Origin: an uncultured delta proteobacterium
Lineage (GTDB): Bacteria; Desulfobacterota; Desulfomonilia; UBA1062
DNA: 64,000 nucleotides
Assembly: GCA_963785235.1 (NCBI GenBank)
Contig: CAWAUM010000011.1
Coordinates: 224,001-288,000 of the forward strand
Reading direction: 5' to 3'
Part shown: positions 51,546-59,903 of the stretch, piece after piece
How positions within the stretch are numbered: position 1 is the first letter of the stretch
How the letters are laid out: every line of letters begins with the position of its first letter
The notes under the pieces: model-generated
The model's input: only the letters and a program-made list of their open reading frames with translations
Databases searched by the model: none
What the model was told of the DNA's origin: nothing
Program-made: the position numbers and the translations under genes

Positions 51546-53160
51546 CTACTGGGCCAGGATAATCGGTTCAAGCAGGATAACCAGCTCTGCGGTCTCAACG
51601 CTTTTTATCTGCTGGCTGAAGAGGTATCCAATACCGGGGATACTGCCCAGTATGGGTATACTCGTATTTTCCTGTTTCAGATTCTTGCTGATAAGCCCAC
51701 CTAAGGCAATAATGTTTCCGCTTTTAACACGGATCTGGGTGGTGGCCTCTTCAAGCTGCACTGTGGGCAGCGTATAGACATTACCGCTGATGTCGCGTTC
51801 TTCAAGCTTCACTATCCGGCTCTTGATGGGGGTGATGCTCAGGTTTATCGAACCGGTATCCAGGTCGATATTGGGCACGACACCCAGCATGATGCCATCG
51901 AAGATAGAACCCACGGTCACCTCTGGTGTAGTGATTGTCGGGCCACCTTCTGTGGAAGTGGTTGTGAGCTTGATCTCCTGGATATATGAGGTGTTCGTGC
52001 CCACACTGATCAGCGCCGGCTGTCCGTTGGTCACCCTTATCCGGGGATTCGAGAGGACCTTTATGTCTCCGAATTCCTGCAGGGCGTTCATGGCTGCATT
52101 AAAGCCGTGAACGTCCGATTGTGCCTGGATCACCAGGGCAGGGGTGAGGTTAGTCGTTGAGAGCGCAAGGTTCTGCTGGATCGGATTGAAGACGATATCA
52201 TTGATACTGAGGTGGGTGCTGGTCCAATCGATGCCGTACTGGCTTTTATCCTTCAGCGCGACCTCAATGATCTTTGCCGTGATGAGGATCTGTGAATTAT
52301 AATAGGCCTTGATGGTCTTGATGTAGGCATCGATACGATCTATGGCGTCTCTCCTGTCATTTACCTCAAGGAAACCCAAGGCCCTGTTGAGGGAATACGA
52401 CCCATCGCGGGTCAGGGTTGACTTCACATGATCCTCGATCTGTGTGCAGATGTCGCTGGTTGCTACAGGGATGGTGTCCTTGATGGAAAATTCACCGCTC
52501 AGGCCGTTATCACTTGATCCGCCACTTGATCCGCCACCTGAGCCGCCACTTGAGGAGCCCGAAGAAGAACTGCTTGTAGAGCTGCTGATAACATCTCCTC
52601 CCACAGACATGGTGGTCTGTTTCTGGGAAGACAGGAAATTAAGGTGATAGGTTCTTGAGTCAGTACCCTTTACAGACAGTGCGCGTCCGTCCACCTTATA
52701 GAAAATGTGCAGTGCAGATGCTACGTTCTCCAGGGCCTCTTCCAGTGGCGTCCTGTTAAATGCAATGGATACGGGCGGTAGAATAATGGGACCTTTGGCT
52801 GTTTGTTTATCTTTGGCCGCATCAGCTGTTTCTTCGGATAGATCGGTGCCGGTGCCCGCCTTAAGGCGTGAGTCAACCACCAGGTCCAGTCCCGCCCTTT
52901 CCGCAACGGCTGCAAATACATCGGTGAAAGCGGCATTGCTTGCGTTAAGGGTTATGGTCTTGCCTTTCAATGGATTCAGCTTGGCCACCTTTGCTTTGGG
53001 CAAAAGACTCTAAAGGTTTTGCCGCCTCAAGAGGTGTTGCAGCTTCCTTTTCTTTTTCAATGGAGAAATCCTCTTTCTTCATCAATTTGTCTGTGGTGCA
53101 TCCGGAAAGGAAGACGCAACAGATAACCGTGAGTAGTGAATACCTAATAAACTTTAACAT
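51546..53160 (-). CDS. MshL/GspD-type secretin lipoprotein (frameshift near 53005)
   Basis: Lipobox FLSGC in 52945..53160; RTYHLNFL, Ser/Gly-rich loop, GIDW, VLSNPRI, IPILGSIPGIGYLF and ELVILLEP. Confidence 0.88.
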
Positions 53161-53593
53161 GAAGGGTCTCCCTGGTACCGTTTTTGTTAGTAGTGATCAC
53201 CTGGTCCGGTCCAATGGATGATATTTGAAAGCTTTGTGTCTTGTCGCCAAGGCGCATTTTCTTTCCATTGATGATACAATAGCTTTGAGAACCTGCCTCA
53301 ACAATCATACTTACCCTGACCGGTTCTGCTTCGGCCTTAACAGGAGGGTTTCCATATAAGGCATCCAAAGGCATGGTCCACTCGTGGCGAAAGACATCCC
53401 GGATGTCTTTGGCTGCAAGATCGGAATCGTCTTTAAGGGTGAAGATGCTCAGTTTATCAACATAGGTGAGGAACTCAGGTTGCTCGAGAGTAATGTTTTT
53501 GTTTTCGCGAAAAACATATGGAACTGCGATGCACAATATAAGCGCAATGAGGGGCAGCATAAAGATCAGGATGAGGTTTTTGTCCAACTTCAT
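53144..53593 (-). CDS. Hypothetical protein, MshK/GspC-like
   Basis: TM helix, RDVF and CIINGK..RLGD beta-rich tail; immediately upstream of the secretin. Confidence 0.6.
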   Translation of the reverse strand: MKLDKNLILIFMLPLIALILCIAVPYVFRENKNITLEQPEFLTYVDKLSIFTLKDDSDLAAKDIRDVFRHEWTMPLDALYGNPPVKAEAEPVRVSMIVEAGSQSYCIINGKKMRLGDKTQSFQISSIGPDQVITTNKNGTRETLHVKVY

Positions 53594-54004
53594 TCAGTTC
53601 CCGCCCCCAAGCTTGAAGCCTTTCATGCTGACCGTGATACCTGATGAAGTGCTTGTAACAATTGCCTTTTCAAGAAAGAACATGTCTTGTGCATAGGTCG
53701 AGGCAACCTCGGAAAACAGTTTTTTTACATCGTGGTCCGTCAGGGTGATTTCATAGTCCACGTTGATACCCCGTTCATGGGAAAGGGTGATCAGTTTGGC
53801 GCTGTATGCCTTGATGGACTCGATCTTTTTTACATATTGTTTACGCTGCTCACTGGTCGCCAGGATCGCTCCCAGCTTGGCCTGGTTGAAGGTTATCTCC
53901 CTTGCTGCATGTACGTAATAGGCAAAGCCGGATATAACCAGCACGGCGCTGATGATGCCCATTATCAGGGCGAGGCGATAATACCTCATGGTTTTATCTC
54001 GCAA
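53594..54004 (-). CDS. Hypothetical protein, PilO/MshJ-like position
   Basis: Single TM helix plus a short periplasmic domain within the pilus operon. Confidence 0.55.
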   Translation of the reverse strand: MRDKTMRYYRLALIMGIISAVLVISGFAYYVHAAREITFNQAKLGAILATSEQRKQYVKKIESIKAYSAKLITLSHERGINVDYEITLTDHDVKKLFSEVASTYAQDMFFLEKAIVTSTSSGITVSMKGFKLGGGN

Positions 54005-55422
54005 TTCAGGCTGAATTCAGCAAGCTGTTCCTTGTGGTTGTAAGCGGCCTTTGAGACGGGAAAGACCTCCTGCATGGTCATGATGAAAGATGAGAAGATC
54101 TCTTTGGATTTCGGGTAGGGAGAGTTGATGATGCCTTCTATTGCTATCCCGAATGAATTTGCATGAGATGTGCGATGAGCTTCTGCAGCGACAGGCATGG
54201 CCCTGCCCTTGGGAATGTCTTCCTGCAGGGAGGACCTGTTGACCTCGATCCTTGTAATGAAGACATTGGCCGGTACTCCCTGGGTTATGGTTTGTACAAT
54301 TGATTGCAACTTGGGCTCAGCCTGGAAATCTTTATAGGTATCGACGATGGTGTTGATATTCGTCAGGTCAAGATTTTTGCTCAGGGATGTATAATCGTCT
54401 TCAAGCTCTTTGAGCTGCTTGGAGCTCTTATAAATTGCCGAATTGGTCCTCTTCTCCAAGGCCTCGGCCTTTGTGGTGTTGCTCCACCCCAATGCAAAAA
54501 ACACAAAGGCCATCAGGATCATTACCAATGATATGGCGCAAGAGATTTTTGCATATCCCACAATCCTTCTGGTCCGGTGCAGTTTTTCAGGGGTGAAGTC
54601 ATAGCAGGGTTTCATGGCGGTTCCGAAGAGCACGATTGCAGCGGCGTCCGGATCTCCGGTTTCACTCAGGCTGAAAGGGACTGTATGGATGTTATGCTTT
54701 TCGAGATCGGATATATTGATCTCTCCTTGTCCTATATAGTAGATCTTCTGGACCTTTTCCTGGTTGGAGCTCTGCAGCATGGAGGTCATTTCCCGAATGC
54801 CGGAAACCGTATCGGCCTGGGCATCGAAGGACTCGGCATAGTTAACGGTTATGAGGTAATAGATGATCCCGGATTTTGCGCCGATGATCCGGATGAAACG
54901 GGTGTCTTCATAGACGATGATCACCATGTTTTTGTCAATGGAACCCACTGCCGAGGCGATGGATGACTCGATGGGGCAGAACATGTCCACAAGGGCCTCA
55001 TCCTCGTCAATGAGATCGGTCCTGGTCAGTTCATTTGAAGGGATGGCCAGGTAGGAATACCTGCCCTTGAGGTTGTCTATATCCTGAATCTTGGCAAAGG
55101 CGACATGGTAAGTGTCCTTGAAGAGACCGAGTTTATCAATGGTAGATCGGATATGGGCTGTTGTGGCCTCCTTGCTGATACGGGAAAACTCACCCACATC
55201 CGAGTAGATGCCTCTGGATGAGAAGCATATGGACATGCCGGGCGCCTTGCGCGAGATGTCTGTCAATGAAGTGGAATCGACCTTCTTCATGTCTTTAAGG
55301 ACGATCTTCTGTCCGGCGCCGGAATAGGATGCAATGCAATGCTCCTCTTCGCCCAGGATAACGGCAATGCCCTTTTTCGGCCCCATTTTCATCGAGATAA
55401 ATTTAGTCAATATGTCATTCAT
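53986..55422 (-). CDS. Hypothetical protein, probable PilM-PilN (GspL-like) fusion
   Basis: About 290-aa soluble domain, one TM helix, coiled coil and VPANVFITRI pattern. Confidence 0.6.
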   Translation of the reverse strand: MNDILTKFISMKMGPKKGIAVILGEEEHCIASYSGAGQKIVLKDMKKVDSTSLTDISRKAPGMSICFSSRGIYSDVGEFSRISKEATTAHIRSTIDKLGLFKDTYHVAFAKIQDIDNLKGRYSYLAIPSNELTRTDLIDEDEALVDMFCPIESSIASAVGSIDKNMVIIVYEDTRFIRIIGAKSGIIYYLITVNYAESFDAQADTVSGIREMTSMLQSSNQEKVQKIYYIGQGEINISDLEKHNIHTVPFSLSETGDPDAAAIVLFGTAMKPCYDFTPEKLHRTRRIVGYAKISCAISLVMILMAFVFFALGWSNTTKAEALEKRTNSAIYKSSKQLKELEDDYTSLSKNLDLTNINTIVDTYKDFQAEPKLQSIVQTITQGVPANVFITRIEVNRSSLQEDIPKGRAMPVAAEAHRTSHANSFGIAIEGIINSPYPKSKEIFSSFIMTMQEVFPVSKAAYNHKEQLAEFSLNCEIKP

Positions 55423-55496
55423 ATTTGTGAGTGTAGAGGATAAACCTCTCCACTTACTATGTTCTCGGAATTACGATTTGGTTTCTTTAGGATATT

Positions 55497-56165
55497 TTAA
55501 GGGAGTAATCCATGGAGATACGTGAGGCTCACAGTCTCGAGGATATCATCATAATTTGAGTTTATTAATGCAGAAGGAGAGGCGAATTGGTTATTATCAC
55601 TGTTCGTGATACGCCCATCTCCGGTGTCGTCATTGGGAGTGTCTGCCCGCAGGTTTTCTCCCCCGGAAAGAACGACAAAGGCCACCTTCATGTTTCCATT
55701 GTCACAGAAGAGATCCGGAGCTGTTGTTCCATTGATAAGCTGACCGATTGTTGTTTTAAGCGTGGCGGGCGTAGTTGAGGTCAGATGTGATTCAACGGAA
55801 TAAAAGAGGGTGGTCTGATAAGGGTCCTTGCCATTGATGCCGAGCGTTACCCAGGGCAGATAGCCATTTAGTCTGTTAGTAGTTTCAGCCCCATTGATGT
55901 TAGCGCTGGCAAACGGCAACCTTCCTGTGGCCAGGGCATACCCGATGATGGCGGTCCTGACTTCTTTGACAAACATCCGGTCATCCTTCAACTTGTTCTG
56001 CTTGATCAGCATGGGGAGGAGTTGTGCGCCAAGTCCCACAAGGATGCCGACTATCACGAGCACAAAGGCCATCTCGATGAGGGTAAACCCCTTTCGTGAA
56101 AAAGGCTTGCTCAGGCAGCAGCCTCTCCTTGTCATAAGGTCATTGTTCACCCTAGCCACCCCCAA
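55497..56165 (-). CDS. Prepilin-type minor pilin/pseudopilin
   Basis: RKG|FTLIEMAFVLVIVGILVG; GRLP, GYLPW and KDPY; exact start uncertain. Confidence 0.88.
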   Translation of the reverse strand: MGVARVNNDLMTRRGCCLSKPFSRKGFTLIEMAFVLVIVGILVGLGAQLLPMLIKQNKLKDDRMFVKEVRTAIIGYALATGRLPFASANINGAETTNRLNGYLPWVTLGINGKDPYQTTLFYSVESHLTSTTPATLKTTIGQLINGTTAPDLFCDNGNMKVAFVVLSGGENLRADTPNDDTGDGRITNSDNNQFASPSALINSNYDDILETVSLTYLHGLLP

Positions 56166-57366
56166 GCTTGGACATGAGGTCGTAAACCGGACCGATAAGG
56201 GAAATGACGATGAAGACGAAGATGCCGCCCGTTATGACTATGGCAATGGGCTCAATCATCTTGCCCAAGATGTCTACAAAACGCGATGTCTTCAATTCGT
56301 AGGTATCTGCAAGATATTTCAGCCTCTGATCCAGGGTACCGGTCTTCTCGCCCACGCTGACCATCTTCAACGTGATGGCATCAAAGAATTTCGTTACAGT
56401 GAAGGCCGTCAGCAACGAATTGCCCATGTTGGTTTCATTACGTATACGTATGATGACCGAGCGGATGAGGTCGTTGTGAAAGACCTTTTCAAGGATATCA
56501 AGCGCTTTTGTAAGTGTCACGCCGGACTGAAGCATGAGGGACATATTCGAGAATACCAGGGTAAGGGTTGAGCATTTCAGCAGATCGCCCACCACGGGAA
56601 GACTGAAGGCAACACGGCTCAGCATCAATCGTGTTCTAGGAATTTTTCCCAGAATGACAAACCCTATGGTAATCAATCCGAGTGCAATGGGGTATAGCAA
56701 CCAGTTATCTTTGGAGAATTGGACGAAATTGACAAGGCTCAACGTGATATTGGGGAGCTGGACATTGATCTCCTTGAAGGTTGAAACAAGGCGGGGCAGC
56801 ACGAAAAAGAGCCAGAAGATGATGACGCACAGCATGGCAGCCACCACGAAGCCCGGATAGATCAGCGCCCTCTTCACCTGGGAAACAATACTGTCCACCT
56901 TTTTTAAATAATTCGCGGTATTGTCCAGGGCTGTTTGAATGGTACCGGTCTCTTCTCCGATATGGCAGAAAAATATGAGCATCTCGGGAAACACCTCGGG
57001 CCGGCGTGAAAATGCCCCTGATAAAGACTCTCCCTGGGCAATGCCCCCGATGACCTCATCGATTGCATCTCGCAGGCGTTTTACCCTGATGGTTTCCTTG
57101 ATGCTTTCCATGGATTCCAGTAGGGGCAGGCCGCTGCCGAGCATGGAGGCAAGGGATTCACAGAATTCCGCTATCTCGATCTTCTTAACTGCCGGCTGGG
57201 TAAGGGTCTTGATGGTTTCAATTATCTGATACCTCTGTTCGCTGTAACGGATAAGCGTCATTTCCTGAGAGGAAAGGTTCTCCATCAGATCCCGGATGCC
57301 CTCGAAATCGCCCTTGGAGGCAAAGATTGTTCCGTCTTTCTTCAGGGCATTGTACGAAAGGATCAT
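56152..57366 (-). CDS. Type II secretion/type IV pilus platform protein (GspF/PilC family)
   Basis: LASMLGSGLPL, GEETG, ALIYP, GEKTG and MIEP. Confidence 0.93.
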   Translation of the reverse strand: MILSYNALKKDGTIFASKGDFEGIRDLMENLSSQEMTLIRYSEQRYQIIETIKTLTQPAVKKIEIAEFCESLASMLGSGLPLLESMESIKETIRVKRLRDAIDEVIGGIAQGESLSGAFSRRPEVFPEMLIFFCHIGEETGTIQTALDNTANYLKKVDSIVSQVKRALIYPGFVVAAMLCVIIFWLFFVLPRLVSTFKEINVQLPNITLSLVNFVQFSKDNWLLYPIALGLITIGFVILGKIPRTRLMLSRVAFSLPVVGDLLKCSTLTLVFSNMSLMLQSGVTLTKALDILEKVFHNDLIRSVIIRIRNETNMGNSLLTAFTVTKFFDAITLKMVSVGEKTGTLDQRLKYLADTYELKTSRFVDILGKMIEPIAIVITGGIFVFIVISLIGPVYDLMSKLGGG

Positions 57367-59000
57367 TACCGCAAAACCCTCCAGATCTCTGCGAAGCTTG
57401 TCGTACCGTTAAGTATCTTGCGGATGCCGTCACCCCGGAGCGTTACCATGCCTTCTTCCACAGCCTTGTCTTTGATCTCGAAGGGGTGTGACCCCACAGA
57501 GATGAGGCGCTCGATCTCTTTGGATATAACCAGGATTTCCGCCACCATGATCCGGCCCAGGTAGCCGGTCTTTATGCACCTGGGGCATCCTACCGGGGCA
57601 TACAGGGTTGTCCCTTTCTGGATGCCGAATACACGGTGCTCTTCGTCGCCTGAATCATATGGCTGCTTGCAGCTCGGACAGAGTGCCCGGACGAGCCGCT
57701 GCGCTATGACGCAGATGAGTGATGATGATATCATATAGTCCCTCATGCCAAGGTCTTTGAGCCTGGGTACGGCTCCGGAGGCATCGTTGGCATGCACCGT
57801 GGAAAGGACAAGGTGCCCTGTCTGCGCAGCGCGGAGCGCCATGGTCGCCGTATCGCCGTCCCGTATCTCACCGATAAGGATGACATCAGGGTCCTGCCGT
57901 AAAAAGGCCCTGACCGCGCTTGAGAAGATATACCCGGACTTCTCGTTAACCTGGGTCTGGCGGATCAGCGGGAACTGGTACTCAATGGGGTCTTCAACGG
58001 TCACGATATTTTTTTCAATGGAGCTGATCTCCCGCAAGGCCGCATATAAGGTTGTAGTTTTTCCTGACCCTGTGGGGCCGGAGACTAAGACCATGCCGTA
58101 GGGCTTGTGCAGAAGATCCCTGAGCTGGGTAATATCATCAGGATCCAGGCCAAGGCTCCGGATGTTATACAACTCCTCCGAGGAAGCCAGGATGCGCATG
58201 ACCATGTTTTCCCCATTGGTAACCTTTAAGGTAGAGACACGGATGTCATAGTGCTCATTTAAAAAATCAAAGGAGAGCCTTCCATCCTGGGGTTTGCGCT
58301 GTTCCGAGATGTCCATCTCGGCCTTTACCTTGATGCTGGAGATAACCCTGGAGTGCACCTCGATGGGAAAGGAGTAAAACGGGTAGAGTATGCCGTCGAT
58401 GCGGTAGTGGATCTGTGTTGTCTTGTTCGTGGGGGTTACGTGGATGTCCGTTGCACGGGAGTTGATGGCGGACATGATCAGCAGCCTCACCAGTTTTTCT
58501 GTATCCACGTCGTGCGGATTATACTTGGAATGTTCGAGCTGCTGCTCGATCTCTTCTTCTATGGGGTGTTCCAGGAGGTAATAGTCTTTTTCAATGTGCT
58601 TCTGTATCTGCGATGGCGATGCAGCCACAAACCGGATGCGTTTTTTCGAGATGCGTGAGGCAAGGTCTGACAGTTTCGTATTATCCGGTTCGCTCGTGGC
58701 TATGGTCAAGGTAGTGTCCTCGACACTTATGGGAAGCAGGGAGTTCTCGCGTGCAAATTGCACGGGTAAAGCAGAGAGCGCTTCTTTCTGTGGTGAGAAA
58801 TGACGCAGCTCTACAAACTCGATGCTGAACTGTTTTGCAATGGACTGGGCAAGTTCCGTCTGGGTGACAAGGCCAAGACGGATCAGGATATCGCCGACCC
58901 GTTCCTTGGTGGCACGCTGTTCTATAAGGGCAAGGCCGATTTCCTTATCGCTGATGATCCCTTCATCTTTGAGAAGATCACCAATGCGTTTTTTCTCCAT
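57366..59000 (-). CDS. GspE/PilB-family assembly ATPase with MshEN domain
   Basis: GPTGSGKTTT, TVEDPIE, RQDPD..GEIRD, CPSC/CPRC zinc motif and tandem RIG/RVG MshEN motifs. Confidence 0.95.
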   Translation of the reverse strand: MEKKRIGDLLKDEGIISDKEIGLALIEQRATKERVGDILIRLGLVTQTELAQSIAKQFSIEFVELRHFSPQKEALSALPVQFARENSLLPISVEDTTLTIATSEPDNTKLSDLASRISKKRIRFVAASPSQIQKHIEKDYYLLEHPIEEEIEQQLEHSKYNPHDVDTEKLVRLLIMSAINSRATDIHVTPTNKTTQIHYRIDGILYPFYSFPIEVHSRVISSIKVKAEMDISEQRKPQDGRLSFDFLNEHYDIRVSTLKVTNGENMVMRILASSEELYNIRSLGLDPDDITQLRDLLHKPYGMVLVSGPTGSGKTTTLYAALREISSIEKNIVTVEDPIEYQFPLIRQTQVNEKSGYIFSSAVRAFLRQDPDVILIGEIRDGDTATMALRAAQTGHLVLSTVHANDASGAVPRLKDLGMRDYMISSSLICVIAQRLVRALCPSCKQPYDSGDEEHRVFGIQKGTTLYAPVGCPRCIKTGYLGRIMVAEILVISKEIERLISVGSHPFEIKDKAVEEGMVTLRGDGIRKILNGTTSFAEIWRVLR

Positions 59001-59065
59001 AAGACCCGTTCCCGCTCCTTAAGCAGTGCAAATTGAGAAATCACTCAAAGATATGTCCCTGCAAG

Positions 59066-59188
59066 AATCTCCTGTTGGAGAGTAGCCTTTCGGGTTTGTC
59101 TTCCACCTTCCTATCACGAGTGGGTGCATGATGTGTCATGCCCCAAACAACGCACGTGTGGGCCGGAAGACACCATCCTCGTGATACG
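59066..59188 (-). other. Structured intercistronic segment between the pilin and ATPase genes
   Basis: Complementary pairs at 59112-59120/59178-59186, 59097-59104/59165-59172 and 59068-59072/59077-59081. Confidence 0.45.
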
Positions 59189-59189
59189 G

Positions 59190-59783
59190 CTACATTCTCC
59201 AGTAGACAGTCTTAACCGTTGTTGCCGTATAAACAGTGTTGGCCCTCATGGTCCCTGTGTTGTAAACCGCGTCATCATATTTTCTGTCCATTTCCTGGGC
59301 AACCTCATAGGGGATCTGGGTGTACACGATACAGTTCGCGTTCAGCGGTGTTGCAGACCCTGGGGGAGTAGCCAAATACTGGATGTAGGCCTGGCCTCCA
59401 AAGGGGTTTGTAGGGTAATCGTTAGCCGCTCCGGTATAGCCCCCGTTGATGATCTGTGCCAAGACGAGGTCCTGGAAGAGAACAGAGCGCTCGGTATTCG
59501 CATTGATCTGGCCGTTTCCTGCAGTCGCAGCAGGATCTGTATGGCCCTGTGTCGGGATATTAGCTACAGGTGCATCACCCGGATAATAGTTATACCTGTC
59601 ATAATAGGTATAGAAGGCCGCGGTGAGTGAATCCTTCTGGTTGACTAACTTCTTGACCTTTGCATTCTGAATGAGGGCCTCGCCCTTGAGTACGCCTGTA
59701 ATGAGCAAGCCGATGATCACCAACACCAGTGCAAGTTCAACAAGGGTAAAGCCGCCTTTTTGTCGATTTCTAAACCGTTCCAT
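59190..59783 (-). CDS. Type IV prepilin, probable major pilin
   Basis: KGG|FTLVELALVLVIIGLLITGVLKG; strong AGGAGG RBS. Confidence 0.9.
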   Translation of the reverse strand: MERFRNRQKGGFTLVELALVLVIIGLLITGVLKGEALIQNAKVKKLVNQKDSLTAAFYTYYDRYNYYPGDAPVANIPTQGHTDPAATAGNGQINANTERSVLFQDLVLAQIINGGYTGAANDYPTNPFGGQAYIQYLATPPGSATPLNANCIVYTQIPYEVAQEMDRKYDDAVYNTGTMRANTVYTATTVKTVYWRM

Positions 59784-59903
59784 GCATACACCTCCTGATA
59801 GAGTAGCGCCTAGCTGTAAGCTCTAGTAAGCACCCAATCGGTATAATCCACATTCTTCTTTAGTAATTGCTCGATATGGCTTGAATTATGGAAAGGGAAG
59901 AGC

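Noticed and set aside
52510-52585. Imperfect 12-bp tandem repeats (CCGCCACTTGA)
   Set aside because: They simply encode the Ser/Gly-rich loop typical of MshL-type secretins.
59080-59105. GACAAACCCGAAAGG resembling a c-di-GMP-I riboswitch
   Set aside because: The stem is too short and the downstream GACGCAAAG/P3 elements are absent; kept only as an unassigned structure.
59784-59903. Sigma54 promoter upstream of the pilin gene
   Set aside because: No TGGCAC-N5-TTGC-like -24/-12 element found by eye.
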